The translations under genes and the position numbers were made by a program. This document shows, in pieces, positions 52,635 to 63,330 of a stretch of DNA of 64,000 nt. This DNA is from an uncultured Gammaproteobacteria bacterium. Lineage in GTDB: Bacteria; Pseudomonadota; Gammaproteobacteria; UBA9214. Under the pieces are notes generated by a model. The model saw nothing but the letters and a program-made list of their open reading frames with translations, was not told the DNA's origin and ran no database searches. Location: assembly GCA_963773065.1 (NCBI GenBank), contig CAVYZN010000009.1, forward strand, positions 128,001 through 192,000. The letters run 5' to 3'. How positions within the stretch are numbered: the stretch's first letter is position 1; each line of letters begins with the position of its first letter.

Positions 52635-53621
52635 GTGCGAATAGGACCTTACACACTACCGAACAACGTGATACTCGCACCCATGGCGGGCGTTACCGAC
52701 CGGCCGTTTCGGCTGCTATGCCGTTCGCTCGGCGCCGGTCTGGCCGTGTCCGAGATGGTTTCCTCAAACGCGCTCGTGTGGGGCAGCGAAAAGACCCGGC
52801 GTCGAATTGACCATGCCGGTGAAACCGAACCGGTTTGTGTGCAAATCGCCGGGGCCGATCCGGACATGATGGCGAATGCCGCCCGCTACAACGTCGCGCA
52901 GGGAGCCCAGATCATCGACATCAACATGGGGTGCCCGGCGAAGAAGGTCTGCAACGTCATGGCGGGCTCCGCCCTGTTGCAGGACGAGGCGCTGGTTGGC
53001 CGCATTCTCGATGCCGTGGTTGCGGCCGTCGATGTCCCGGTTACCCTGAAGATCCGCACCGGCTGGGACCCCGCACACCGCAACGCCCCGCGCATCGCCG
53101 CCATCGCCGAACAGGCCGGTATCCAGGCCCTGGCCGTGCACGGGCGCACCCGCGCCTGCGGTTACCGGGGCGAGGCCGAGCATGACACGGTGCGCGCCAT
53201 CAAGGCCGCGGTGTCGATACCCGTCATCGCCAACGGCGATATCGCCTCGCCGCGAAAGGCCGCCGAGGTCCTGCGCTTCACGCAGGCCGATGCCGTCATG
53301 ATCGGGCGCGCCGCGCAGGGCCGGCCGTGGATATTCCGCGAGATCACCCATTTCATGGCCACCGGCGAGCCGCTGCCGCCGCCGGCGCCCGAGGAGATCG
53401 GCCGCATCCTCGCGGGGCACCTCGACAAGCTCTACGAGTTTTACGGCGAGTACACCGGCGTGCGCGTCGCGCGCAAGCACATCGCCTGGTACAGCAAGGG
53501 CCAGCCGGACGGCAACCGCTTCCGCCAGCATATCAACCAGGCGGAATCGGCTGATGAACAGTTGAATCAGGTCAGGGATTATTTCGCCCTGCTGACCGAA
53601 CAGGAAGCATTGGCCGCATGA
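52635..53621 (+). CDS. dusB: tRNA-dihydrouridine synthase B
   Basis: 'LAPMAGVTDRPFR', 'IDINMGCPAKKV', 'HGRTRAC', 'IANGDI', 'IGRAAQGRPWIF'. Confidence 0.96.
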   Translation: MRIGPYTLPNNVILAPMAGVTDRPFRLLCRSLGAGLAVSEMVSSNALVWGSEKTRRRIDHAGETEPVCVQIAGADPDMMANAARYNVAQGAQIIDINMGCPAKKVCNVMAGSALLQDEALVGRILDAVVAAVDVPVTLKIRTGWDPAHRNAPRIAAIAEQAGIQALAVHGRTRACGYRGEAEHDTVRAIKAAVSIPVIANGDIASPRKAAEVLRFTQADAVMIGRAAQGRPWIFREITHFMATGEPLPPPAPEEIGRILAGHLDKLYEFYGEYTGVRVARKHIAWYSKGQPDGNRFRQHINQAESADEQLNQVRDYFALLTEQEALAA

Positions 53622-53881
53622 TGACGTCGACGGTAAGACGCGAGCGACGCAAACAGCCGATCCGGCGCAGCGTGCAGTCGGCGCTCGAACTCTACCTGGA
53701 TGACCTGAACGGCCACCAGGTGAATGACCTGTATCACATGGTACTGGGCGAGGTGGAACCGGCGTTGCTGAATGTCGTCATGCAGCATGTGGACGGCAAC
53801 CAGTCCCAGGCCGCGGAAATGCTGGGGATCACCCGCGCGACCCTGCGCAAGAAACTCAAGCAGTACGGGCTGGAGCAGTAG
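53618..53881 (+). CDS. fis: DNA-binding protein Fis
   Basis: 'LYHMVL-EVE--LL', 'GNQSQAA-MLGI-R-TLRKKLKQYG'; downstream of dusB. Confidence 0.93.
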   Translation: MMTSTVRRERRKQPIRRSVQSALELYLDDLNGHQVNDLYHMVLGEVEPALLNVVMQHVDGNQSQAAEMLGITRATLRKKLKQYGLEQ

Positions 53882-53920
53882 CTTCGCCGGTTCTTGATCG
53901 GCGCGAATTCCACAATCGAT

Positions 53921-54080
53921 GTAGGGTGGGTTAGGCACGTCAGTTTGTGCCGTAACCCACCGGATGTGCCGCCAGGCACTCACTAAAAAATGCGTTGTGT
54001 TGCTGCGCAACGCTTGGTGGGTTACGCAAAAAACGCTAACCCACCCTACTTTCTATTGTAGGAGCGGGCTTGCCCGCGAA
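53921..54080. repeat. REP cluster: inverted GTAGGGTGGGTTA pair plus a GTAGGAGCGGGCTTGCCCGCGA REP
   Basis: 53921-53961, 54016-54049 (rc), 54058-54080. Confidence 0.8.
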
Positions 54081-54094
54081 CCTGAGATGCCCCT

Positions 54095-55660
54095 ATGAAC
54101 AAAATACAAAGAGCGCTGATCAGCGTATCCGACAAGACCGGTATTGCCGAATTCGCGCGGGGGTTGAGCGCGTTGGGCATCGAGATCCTGTCCACCGGCG
54201 GGACCGCGCGCCTGCTCGCGGAAGCCGGCGTTCCCGTGGTCGAGGTGTCCGACTACACCGGGTTTCCGGAGATGATGGACGGGCGCGTCAAGACCCTGCA
54301 TCCGAAGGTGCATGGCGGCATCCTCGCCCGGCGTGGCATCGACGAGGCGGTCATGGCGGAAAACGGGATCGCGCCCATCGACCTGGTCGTGGTCAATCTC
54401 TATCCGTTTGAACGGACCGTGGCGCGCGCGGACTGCGACCTGGCGACGGCGATCGAGACGATCGATATCGGCGGGCCCACCCTGCTGCGCGCCGCGGCCA
54501 AGAACCACGCGGCCGTCACCGTGATCGTCGACGGCGCCGATTACGCGCCGGTGCTCTCGGAACTGCGGCAGCATGGCGCCATCGCGGATGCCACCCGCTA
54601 CGCGCTGGCGGTCAAGACCTTCGAACACACGGCCCGTTATGACGGGGCCATCGCGAATTACCTGGGCGGCATCACCCCCGATGGTGAGCGTGAGCTGTTT
54701 CCGCGCACCATCAATTTCCAGTTTCGCCGGGTGCAGGCGATGCGCTACGGGGAAAATCCGCATCAGCGCGCCGCCTTTTATGTCGAGCATGAGCCCACCG
54801 CGGCCTCGGTTGCGACCGCGCGGCAGTTGCAGGGCAAGGAACTGTCCTATAACAATGTGGCGGACACCGATGCGGCGCTGGAGTGCGTGAAGTCTTTCAC
54901 CGAGGGGCCGGCCTGCGTGATCGTGAAGCACGCCAACCCCTGCGGCGTGGCGCTCGGCGCCACCCTGCATGAAGCCTATGAGCGTGCCTTCAGGACGGAT
55001 CCTACCTCGGCGTTTGGCGGCATCATCGCCTTCAACCGGCCGCTGGATGCGGGCACGGCCCAAGCCATCATCGAGCGCCAGTTCGTCGAGGTCATCATCG
55101 CCCCGGCGGTCGAGGCGGCGGCACTGCCGGTACTGGCCGCCAAGAAGAATGTGCGCGTGCTGGAATGCGGCGCCTTTGGTGACGAGCCGGCTGCGGGGCT
55201 GGATTTCAAGCGCGTCAACGGCGGCCTGCTGGTGCAGGACCGCGATCTCGGCCGGGTGAGTGAACGCGATCTCAAGGTCGTGACCCGGCGCGCACCCACG
55301 CCGGCGGAAACGCAGGACCTGCTGTTTGCCTGGCGGGTCGGCAAATTCGTCAAATCCAATGCCATCGTCTACTGCAAGGACGGCATGACCATCGGCGTCG
55401 GCGCCGGCCAGATGAGCCGGGTCTACAGCGCCAGGATTGCCGCGCTCAAGGCGGCGGATGAAGGCTTGGAAGTGCGCGGGTCGGTGATGGCCTCGGATGC
55501 CTTCTTCCCGTTCCGCGACGGCATCGACCAGGCGGCCGCGGCCGGCATCGTCGCCGTCATCCAGCCGGGTGGCTCCATGCGCGATGACGAGGTCATCGCC
55601 GCCGCCGACGAACACGGCATGGCGATGGTGTTCACCGGCATGCGCCATTTCCGGCATTAA
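54095..55660 (+). CDS. purH: AICAR transformylase/IMP cyclohydrolase
   Basis: '[11 protein letters not shown]', 'GRVKTLHP', 'RYGENPHQ', 'KHANPCG', ends 'FTGMRHFRH'. Confidence 0.98.
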   Translation: MNKIQRALISVSDKTGIAEFARGLSALGIEILSTGGTARLLAEAGVPVVEVSDYTGFPEMMDGRVKTLHPKVHGGILARRGIDEAVMAENGIAPIDLVVVNLYPFERTVARADCDLATAIETIDIGGPTLLRAAAKNHAAVTVIVDGADYAPVLSELRQHGAIADATRYALAVKTFEHTARYDGAIANYLGGITPDGERELFPRTINFQFRRVQAMRYGENPHQRAAFYVEHEPTAASVATARQLQGKELSYNNVADTDAALECVKSFTEGPACVIVKHANPCGVALGATLHEAYERAFRTDPTSAFGGIIAFNRPLDAGTAQAIIERQFVEVIIAPAVEAAALPVLAAKKNVRVLECGAFGDEPAAGLDFKRVNGGLLVQDRDLGRVSERDLKVVTRRAPTPAETQDLLFAWRVGKFVKSNAIVYCKDGMTIGVGAGQMSRVYSARIAALKAADEGLEVRGSVMASDAFFPFRDGIDQAAAAGIVAVIQPGGSMRDDEVIAAADEHGMAMVFTGMRHFRH

Positions 55661-55663
55661 AGA

Positions 55664-55975
55664 AAAAGTGGGAATGAGAAGTAGACGGAAGTACAAGTGA
55701 GAAGTAAGAAGTGAGAAGTGAGAAGAAAAACCCTGATAGCCACAGAATCCACCGAAGAACACGGAAAGTAAAAAGTGAGAACTGAAAGGTGAAAAGTGAA
55801 AATTTCCGCTCGTGCGTCGTGCGTACCAGAGATACTGCATTTCAATCCTCTGCAATCGCCACTGAAGTTCCTCGCTATCCATGCACCAGCGCCCAACGGT
55901 CTTTCTCACCTCTTCTCACTTCTTACTTTTCACTTAATCATTTTTCCATGTTCTTCCGTGGATTCCGTGGCTATA
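55664..55975 (+). repeat. Intercistronic composite element
   Basis: Heptamer arrays, ATAGCCACAGAATCCACCGAAGAACACGGAA arm and complementary TTCCATGTTCTTCCGTGGATTCCGTGGCTAT arm. Confidence 0.85.
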
Positions 55976-55985
55976 AGATAGAGCG

Positions 55986-57272
55986 ATGAACATTCTGATT
56001 ATCGGCGGCGGCGGCCGTGAACATGCCCTGGCGTGGAAGGTGGCGCAGTCTCCGCAGGCGGAGACGGTGTTCGTGGCGCCGGGAAATGCCGGAACCGCCC
56101 ACGAATCCGGTGTCCGGAATATCGCGATTGAGGCCAATGACATCGATGCGCTGGTGGCCTTTGCCAGGGAACACACGGTCGGGTTGACCATCGTCGGGCC
56201 CGAGATCCCGCTGGTCGCCGGAGTGGTGGATCGTTTCAACGCGGCGGGCCTGCGCTGCTTCGGGCCGACAAAGGCCGCCGCGCAACTGGAAGGTTCCAAG
56301 ACCTTCAGCAAGGATTTCCTCGCGCGTCACGGTATCCCTACCGCGCGCTATGCGGCGTTCACCAGCGTACCCGAGGCGCTCGACTATATCCATGAATGCG
56401 GCGCGCCCATCGTGGTCAAGGCCGACGGCCTGGCGGCCGGGAAGGGGGTGATCCTGGCGCGGACCGAGGCGGAAGCCATCGCGGCGGTTAATGATATGTT
56501 GAGCGGCAACGTGTTCGGGAAAGCCGGTCACCGGGTCGTCATCGAGGAGTTCCTGGAAGGGGAAGAAGCCAGTTTCATCGTCATGGTGGATGGCGCGCAG
56601 GCGCTGCCGCTCGCGACCTCGCAGGATCACAAGGCGCGCGATGACGGCGATACCGGGCCCAATACCGGCGGCATGGGCGCCTATTCACCGGCGCCGGTGG
56701 TCACCTCCGAGATACATCGGCGCGTCATGAACGAGGTGATCCGCCCGACGGTGCGCGGCATGGCCGAGGAAGGCCATGCCTACACCGGGTTCCTCTATGC
56801 CGGGTTGATGATCGCCGCGGACGGCACCCCGAAGGTGCTTGAATTCAATGTGCGCTTTGGCGACCCGGAAACCCAGCCGATCATGCTGCGCCTCAAGTCC
56901 GACCTGGTGGGGCTGTGCCTGGCGGCGCTTGCAGGCAGGCTCGATGACGTGGACGCAGTATGGGATGAGCGCGCCGCGCTCGGGGTGGTGCTGGCCGCCG
57001 GCGGCTACCCGGGTGATTACCGCAAGGGCGATGTCATCGAAGGGATACATGCGGCTGACGACGAGAACTGCAAGGTCTTTCATGCCGGCACGCAGGAAAA
57101 GGACGGGCGTGTCGTGACCGCCGGCGGACGCGTGCTGTGTGTCTGCGCGCTGGGCGTAACGGTCGCCGAGGCGCGGCAAAAAGCCTACCGGTGCATCGAC
57201 AGGATCAAATGGCCGGACATGTATTACCGCACGGACATCGGTTACCGGGCGATAGCGCGTGAGAAAAAGTGA
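55986..57272 (+). CDS. purD: Phosphoribosylamine-glycine ligase
   Basis: 'GGGGREHALAW', 'KADGLAAGKGV', 'GPNTGGMGAYSP', 'EFNVRFGDPETQ'. Confidence 0.98.
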   Translation: MNILIIGGGGREHALAWKVAQSPQAETVFVAPGNAGTAHESGVRNIAIEANDIDALVAFAREHTVGLTIVGPEIPLVAGVVDRFNAAGLRCFGPTKAAAQLEGSKTFSKDFLARHGIPTARYAAFTSVPEALDYIHECGAPIVVKADGLAAGKGVILARTEAEAIAAVNDMLSGNVFGKAGHRVVIEEFLEGEEASFIVMVDGAQALPLATSQDHKARDDGDTGPNTGGMGAYSPAPVVTSEIHRRVMNEVIRPTVRGMAEEGHAYTGFLYAGLMIAADGTPKVLEFNVRFGDPETQPIMLRLKSDLVGLCLAALAGRLDDVDAVWDERAALGVVLAAGGYPGDYRKGDVIEGIHAADDENCKVFHAGTQEKDGRVVTAGGRVLCVCALGVTVAEARQKAYRCIDRIKWPDMYYRTDIGYRAIAREKK

Positions 57273-57600
57273 GAAGTGAGAAGTGAGAAGTGAGAAGAGA
57301 ACCCTGATGGCCACAGGTGCTCCCGGCTTCCTCGGCAATTGCTCCTGCATTGCCTACTCCGCACCCTGCAGACGTGCCCCACGCGACATTGTTCACCCTG
57401 AACATCGGCACACGGAAATCCGGAAGGAATTCAAATCTCCACGCAGGATACACATGGCGCACCCTGCGAGTTATGCGTGATGTACTTTGTAAACTGCTGT
57501 GGATCCTTGACTATTACTGTCTATCCATGCACGCGGCCAAGTGGTTTTTTCACTTCTCACTTCTCACTTTTTACTTTCCGGTGTTCTTCCGTGGCCATAA
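57259..57600 (+). repeat. Intercistronic composite element with level-2 hairpin insert
   Basis: (GTGAGAA)n overlapping purD stop; GGCAATTGCTCCTGCATTGCC insert; core homologous to 58270-58420. Confidence 0.85.
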
Positions 57601-57625
57601 CCCGGTGCTATAAAGGAGAGCAAGA

Positions 57626-58183
57626 ATGGAAATATTCGGATGGGTGTTGGTGGCGATCATCATAGGAGTCCCCCTGCTGGGGATCGTGTTCTACAATCGC
57701 CTGGTCGGCCTCAATAACCAGGTTAAGAATGCCTGGCGGCAGATCGATGTGCAACTCAAGCGCCGTCACGACCTGATTCCCAATCTGGTCGAGGTCGTCA
57801 AGGACTACATGTCCTACGAGCAGGAGACGCTGCAGAAAGTGATCCAGGCGCGCAACCAGGCCGTCGGTGCGCACAGCCCGGAAGAGGCGATAGCCGCCGA
57901 GGGGGTGCTGGGCGGCGCGCTGGGCAAGCTGTTTGCCCTGATGGAAAACTACCCGGATCTCAAGGCCAACGAGAATGTCGCGCGCCTGATGGAGGAACTG
58001 AGCGCGACCGAGAACAAGATTTCCTTCTCGCGCCAGTTTTACAACGACAGCGTCATGGCGCTCAACAATGGCGTGCAGTCCTTTCCATCCAATTTCGTGG
58101 CCGGCCTGTTCGGCTTCCGTGAGGCGACCTATTTCGAGACGCCGGAGGCGGAAACCGCGACGCCCAGGGTCGATCTGCGCTGA
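57626..58183 (+). CDS. lemA: LemA-family protein
   Basis: 'YNRLV-L-N-V-NAW-QIDVQLKRRHDLIPNLV', 'ENYPDLKAN', 'RQFYND-V--LN--V-SFP'. Confidence 0.95.
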   Translation: MEIFGWVLVAIIIGVPLLGIVFYNRLVGLNNQVKNAWRQIDVQLKRRHDLIPNLVEVVKDYMSYEQETLQKVIQARNQAVGAHSPEEAIAAEGVLGGALGKLFALMENYPDLKANENVARLMEELSATENKISFSRQFYNDSVMALNNGVQSFPSNFVAGLFGFREATYFETPEAETATPRVDLR

Positions 58184-58191
58184 CAAGGCAG

Positions 58192-58480
58192 GTGAAAAGT
58201 GAAAAGTAAAAAACGTGAGAAGTGAGAAGTGAGAAGTGAGAAGTGAGAATCGTGAATAGCCACGGAATCACACGGAAAACACGGACGGAGTTCATAAAAA
58301 TCACACGCAGGATGCGCTCGGTGCACACTGCGAGTGACGTATAATGTTCTTCCCTGAGCTATCAGTGGACCCCGTGGTCATCACCGCCTATCCATGCCCC
58401 AGCGCCCGAGCGGATTTTTTCACTTCTCACTTCTTACTTCATTACTTTTCGGTGTTCTTCCGTGGATTTCGTGGCCATCA
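58192..58480 (+). repeat. Intercistronic composite element
   Basis: Same architecture and core as 57259-57600. Confidence 0.85.
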
Positions 58481-58534
58481 GAATTCAATGTTTCACTTTG
58501 CACCTTTAACGTCTCGAGTTTTCAAAGCCATTTG

Positions 58535-59632
58535 ATGGAATCCTCACCCACCAAACCATGCCCGGAGTGCGGTACCGCCAACCGCCCGCACGCCAGGACC
58601 TGTCGGCAGTGCGGTGCGCCGCTGATCAGTGACTGGCAGGAAAAACCCCTGCTGCGCAACAAGGTCCTGCGACGGACCGACTTCATGGCGGCGGCGCGCG
58701 CCAATCAGCGGGCGACGCGGCGACTGGTGCTGGTGCTGCTGCTGGTCCTGGTCGTGCTGGGCTACCTGCTGGGCTGGAGTCTGCAGGCCATGACGGGAAA
58801 TATCCCGGTGGAAAACGAAACCATCTGGTTTGCCAGCCGATGGGGAGGATGGACGGCTCTTGTCCTGTGTTTCATCGGCGCCGTCTGGTCATGGATCTCT
58901 TTTCGCGCCGGAGACCGGATCATTCTGCGCATGACCGGGGCCGATCCTGTCAGCGTTGATGAGGAACCGCAACTGCACAACGTGGTCGAGGAAATGGCCA
59001 TAGCGGCCGGCATACGCAAACCGCGCGTCTGCGTGATCGAGACGGATGCGCTCAATGCCTTCGCCACCGGCATGCACCCCGCGCGCGCCTCGATCGGGGT
59101 GACGCGCGGCTTGTTGGATGCGCTCAATCGTGAGGAACTGCAGGGCGTCATCGGGCACGAGATGGGGCATATCGTGAACTGGGATATTCGTTATGCCACC
59201 GCGGTCGGTGTCATAGTCGGGCTGATTGCGCTGGTCTGTGACGGCGCGCTGCGCTCACTGCGTTTCTCCGGCCGTTCGCGGCAATCAGGCGGCCGCGCGG
59301 GCGGCGGCGCGGTCGTGATTGTGCTGTTTCTACTGGTCTTTGCCGCACTCGCGCCGTTGTTTTCCCGTCTGGTGCAAATGGCGGTGTCGCGGCAGCGGGA
59401 GTTTCTCGCCGACGCCACCAGCGTGCGCCTGACGCGCCACCCGGAAGGTCTGATTTCCGCGCTGGAAAAACTCGAGCTCAGCGCAAAACCCTTCACGGGC
59501 GCCAACCGCGCGACACAGCACATGTTCATCGTGAATCCATTCAGGAATTTCTCCGAACAGGCCAGCAGCTTGATGGCTACCCATCCGCCGCTTGAGCTGC
59601 GCATACGGCGGCTGCGGAACTTGGGAGAGTAG
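58535..59632 (+). CDS. HtpX-like M48 zinc metalloprotease with N-terminal zinc ribbon
   Basis: CPECG…CRQCG; 'NAFATG', HExxH 'HEMGH', 'SRQREFLADA', 'ATHPPL--RI--L'; lemA-htpX pairing. Confidence 0.9.
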   Translation: MESSPTKPCPECGTANRPHARTCRQCGAPLISDWQEKPLLRNKVLRRTDFMAAARANQRATRRLVLVLLLVLVVLGYLLGWSLQAMTGNIPVENETIWFASRWGGWTALVLCFIGAVWSWISFRAGDRIILRMTGADPVSVDEEPQLHNVVEEMAIAAGIRKPRVCVIETDALNAFATGMHPARASIGVTRGLLDALNREELQGVIGHEMGHIVNWDIRYATAVGVIVGLIALVCDGALRSLRFSGRSRQSGGRAGGGAVVIVLFLLVFAALAPLFSRLVQMAVSRQREFLADATSVRLTRHPEGLISALEKLELSAKPFTGANRATQHMFIVNPFRNFSEQASSLMATHPPLELRIRRLRNLGE

Positions 59633-59967
59633 GAAGTGAAAGTGAAAAGTGAGAAGTGAGAAGTAAGAAGTAAGAAGTGAGAAGTGAAACGTGATATGTG
59701 AAGGGTTAAAAAGATCGTAATGGCCACGGGTCGCTTCCGGCTTCCAGCCTCACGCGACACTCGTACATCCCTGTACATCGAAGCACACGGAGGAAGTAAC
59801 TAGAAATCGTTAAACGCTGATCTTGGTGGAGTCGGTGCGCACGGCGCACCCTACAAAAGCCGGGCCTGAATGATCTGGGGTGATTGAACTGTTTCCGTTT
59901 GCTCCAGTGGCTATTATTTTCTCACTTCTCACTTCTCTACTTCTCACTTCTTACTTCTTACTTCTCA
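59633..59967. repeat. Composite element between convergent genes: GTGAGAA arrays after both stop codons, level-1 arm, REP
   Basis: 59633-59690 forward array, 59719-59790 arm, 59834-59854 REP, 59918-59967 reverse array. Confidence 0.85.
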
Positions 59968-61230
59968 CTATCCCTGCCGTTTCATCGATTCGAAGAACTG
60001 GGCATTGCTCTTGGTGGCCTTCAGCTTGTCGAGCATGAATTCCATGGCGGCCAGTTCGTCCATGGGGTGCAGAAGCTTGCGCAGGATCCACATCTTCTGC
60101 AGTTCGGCCGGGTCGGTCAGCAGTTCCTCGCGGCGGGTGCCGGAGCGGTTGATGTTGATCGACGGGTAGACGCGTTTCTCGGAGATCTTGCGGTCAAGAT
60201 GGATCTCCTGGTTGCCGGTGCCCTTGAATTCCTCGTAGATGACATCGTCCATGCGAGAGCCGGTGTCGATGAGGGCGGTGGCGAGTATGGTCAGGCTGCC
60301 GCCTTCCTCGATGTTGCGGGCCGCGCCGAAGAAACGTTTGGGACGCTGCAGGGCGTTGGCATCCACGCCACCGGTGAGTACCTTGCCGGAGGAGGGCACC
60401 ACCGTATTGTAGGCGCGCGCGAGGCGGGTGATGGAATCGAGCAGGATGACCACGTCGCGCTTGTGCTCAACCAGGCGACGCGCCTTTTCGATGACCATCT
60501 CGGCAACCTGCACATGGCGGCTGGCCGGTTCGTCGAAGGTGCTGGAGACGACCTCGCCCTGGACCGATCGCACCATCTCGGTGACTTCCTCGGGGCGTTC
60601 ATCGATGAGCAGGACAATCAGGTAGCACTCCGGGTGGTTGGAGGTGATCGACTGCGCCACGTTCTGCAGCAGCATGGTCTTGCCGGCCTTGGGCGGTGAT
60701 ACGATCAGGCCGCGCTGACCCTTGCCGAGCGGCGCCACCATGTCGATGACGCGCGCCGTGATGTCTTCGGTGCTGCCATTGCCGCGTTCCAGGGTCATCC
60801 GTTCATTGGGGTGGAGCGGCGTCAGGTTTTCAAAGGCGACCTTGTTCTTCGCATTTTCCGGTTTTTCGTAGTTGATTTCACTCACCTTGAGCAGAGCGAA
60901 GTAGCGTTCGCTGTCCTTGGGCGGGCGGATCTTGCCATCCACGGTGTCCCCGGTGCGCAGGCTGAAGCGGCGTATCTGGCTGGGTGAAACATAAATGTCA
61001 TCCGGGCCGGCGAGATAGGAACTGTCCGCCGAACGCAGGAAGCCAAATCCGTCCTGGAGTATTTCCAGCACCCCGTTGCCGAAGATGTCCTCGCCCTTTT
61101 TGGCGTGGGATTTGAGTATGGCGAAAATGATGTCTTGCTTGCGGGACCGCGCCATTCCCTCGATACCCATTTCCTGGGCTATGGTGATGAGTTCGCTGGC
61201 GGGTTTCAGCTTGAGTTCGGAGAGATTCAT
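59968..61230 (-). CDS. rho: Transcription termination factor Rho
   Basis: '[15 protein letters not shown]', '[12 protein letters not shown]', 'PPKAGKT', '[13 protein letters not shown]'. Confidence 0.99.
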   Translation of the reverse strand: MNLSELKLKPASELITIAQEMGIEGMARSRKQDIIFAILKSHAKKGEDIFGNGVLEILQDGFGFLRSADSSYLAGPDDIYVSPSQIRRFSLRTGDTVDGKIRPPKDSERYFALLKVSEINYEKPENAKNKVAFENLTPLHPNERMTLERGNGSTEDITARVIDMVAPLGKGQRGLIVSPPKAGKTMLLQNVAQSITSNHPECYLIVLLIDERPEEVTEMVRSVQGEVVSSTFDEPASRHVQVAEMVIEKARRLVEHKRDVVILLDSITRLARAYNTVVPSSGKVLTGGVDANALQRPKRFFGAARNIEEGGSLTILATALIDTGSRMDDVIYEEFKGTGNQEIHLDRKISEKRVYPSININRSGTRREELLTDPAELQKMWILRKLLHPMDELAAMEFMLDKLKATKSNAQFFESMKRQG

Positions 61231-61405
61231 AGGGTGTCTTGGATGCGTATTTTTTGAATGAATGGATACGGCCGTGGCCGGGGAACATGAAAATGGAAAC
61301 TGGGAAATGCCGTTCCGAGCGCGTGCGGGATCCGGAACGAAGGTGATTTTAAATTTTGCGTTACGCTAGCATGTGCCGCATTAAACGTCTACCCCCGTCA
61401 GTGAT

Positions 61406-61732
61406 TCAGATATTGCTGTCGATGAATGCGGTCAGTTGCGACTTGGAGAGCGCGCCCACCTTGGTTGCTTCGACGTTGCCGTTCTTGAACAGCATCAGCG
61501 TGGGTATGCCGCGTATGCCGTACTTGGGTGGAGTCTGCGGGTTGTCATCGATATTGAGTTTGGCTACCTTGATTTTGCCGGTGTATTCGCTGGCAATTTC
61601 ATCGAGTATCGGCGCAATCATCTTGCAGGGGCCACACCATTCCGCCCAGTAGTCGACCAGCACGGGAGCAGAAGCGTTGAGGACTTCGGTTTCAAAGTTA
61701 TCATCTGTCACGTAAATGATGTTGCCACTCAC
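61406..61732 (-). CDS. trxA: Thioredoxin
   Basis: WCGPC active site; conserved trxA-rho order. Confidence 0.98.
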   Translation of the reverse strand: MSGNIIYVTDDNFETEVLNASAPVLVDYWAEWCGPCKMIAPILDEIASEYTGKIKVAKLNIDDNPQTPPKYGIRGIPTLMLFKNGNVEATKVGALSKSQLTAFIDSNI

Positions 61733-61997
61733 AGTTCGATGTCTCCTGCCTGATTACATGCAACCTGATAATTCACCACCATGCCGCGTGCATTGCCACG
61801 CCCGTAATGTTCTTATCAATTTGGAATGTAGCCGGTTAGGCATGGCGAGGCGCCGTCCGCTAGAACAGCTTGACCGGCCTGGTGACGGGTGTGTGCCTGT
61901 ATCAATTGCGTCACATGTCAACTAATAGCGCATTTGAGCTTAATTCGAATCATTTTACAAGCCCGAAAAACAATAAATTACGGTATCCTAGACGGCC

Positions 61998-63290
61998 ATG
62001 AGTGAAACCCATTTAACGGATATATCCTTCTCCGATCTCGATATACCTGCCGTGCTGATGCAAGGTATTGATGAAGCGGGGTTTTCAAAATGCACGCCGA
62101 TACAGGCGGAAACCTTGCCGCTGGCCTTGCAGGGCAGGGATGTTGCCGGACAGGCGCAGACGGGTACCGGGAAGACGGCCGCGTTCCTGATCGCGGTTTA
62201 CAAACGCTTGTTGACCCATCCGGCCGATGGGAAACGCAAACCTTCACAGCCGCGGGCGCTGGTGGTGGCGCCGACACGCGAACTGGCCATCCAGATTCAT
62301 TCGGACGCCGTGGTGTTGGGTCGCCATACGGGTCTGAAGCCGGGCCTCGCCTATGGCGGGACCGGTTATGACACCCAGCGCGAGACCATCGAGGCCGGCG
62401 TGGACATCCTGATCGGCACACCGGGCCGGCTGATCGATTACCACAAGCAGCATGTTTACGATCTGAAGAAAATTACCGCGATCGTGCTGGATGAAGCGGA
62501 CCGGATGTTCGATCTGGGTTTCATCAAGGATATACGTTATCTGCTGCGCCGCTGTCCGCCGCCGGAACAGCGGCTCGGTCTGTTGTTTTCGGCGACACTC
62601 TCGCACCGGGTAACCGAGCTTGCCTATGAGCACATGAACAATCCGGTGCAGGTCGATATCGAACCGGAGCGGGTGACGGCTGCACGCGTGCGGCAGGTCC
62701 TTTACCACATCTCGAATGATGAAAAGATCCCCCTGCTGGTCAGCATACTCAAGCACGTAGACCCCAACCGCAGCATCGTATTCGCCAATACCAAGCGCGG
62801 CGCCGAGCAAATCTGGGCCTATCTGGAAGGCAACGGGTTCAAGAGCGCCGTCTTATCGGGCGATGTGCCGCAGAAGAAGCGGCAACACCTGCTGCGGGAG
62901 TTTCAGCAAGGCGATCTGCCGATACTGATCGCCACCGATGTCGCCGCGCGCGGCCTGCACATCCCCGATGTCAGCCATGTTTTCAATTATGACCTGCCGC
63001 AAGATGCCGAGGACTATGTCCATCGCATCGGCCGCACCGCGCGGGTCGGCAAGGATGGCGATGCCGTCAGTTTTGCCTGTGAAGAGTTTGTCTATTCACT
63101 GCCGGACATAGAGGAGTATATTGGACAAAAGATCAGGGTGGAGCCGGTGCCCGAGGGATACATCCAGGAACTCGACCCGCCGGTCAAGATAAGGCGCGAG
63201 GGTGGGCAGGGCCGCCGGGGAAAAGCACAGCACAAGCCGGGAAACAAGGGTTCCGGGCCAAAACATAAGCGACGCTCCAGGCACGGATAA
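61998..63290 (+). CDS. rhlB: ATP-dependent RNA helicase RhlB
   Basis: 'AQTGTGKT', DEAD, SAT, 'HRIGRTAR'; divergent from trxA. Confidence 0.93.
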   Translation: MSETHLTDISFSDLDIPAVLMQGIDEAGFSKCTPIQAETLPLALQGRDVAGQAQTGTGKTAAFLIAVYKRLLTHPADGKRKPSQPRALVVAPTRELAIQIHSDAVVLGRHTGLKPGLAYGGTGYDTQRETIEAGVDILIGTPGRLIDYHKQHVYDLKKITAIVLDEADRMFDLGFIKDIRYLLRRCPPPEQRLGLLFSATLSHRVTELAYEHMNNPVQVDIEPERVTAARVRQVLYHISNDEKIPLLVSILKHVDPNRSIVFANTKRGAEQIWAYLEGNGFKSAVLSGDVPQKKRQHLLREFQQGDLPILIATDVAARGLHIPDVSHVFNYDLPQDAEDYVHRIGRTARVGKDGDAVSFACEEFVYSLPDIEEYIGQKIRVEPVPEGYIQELDPPVKIRREGGQGRRGKAQHKPGNKGSGPKHKRRSRHG

Positions 63291-63330
63291 CCAGCAACCG
63301 GGTGAAGCACGCGGCAAAGACCTCTTGAGA

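Noticed and set aside
54053-55909. 618-aa minus-strand ORF and other long antisense ORFs (7181-8365, 41614-42456, 59884-60699, 18780-19634)
   Set aside because: Shadow frames of purH, galE, accC, rho and GT41 caused by high-GC codon bias; no recognisable motifs.
51423-59967. CRISPR array
   Set aside because: Repeats are tandem heptamers or dispersed elements, without regular repeat-spacer periodicity; no cas genes.
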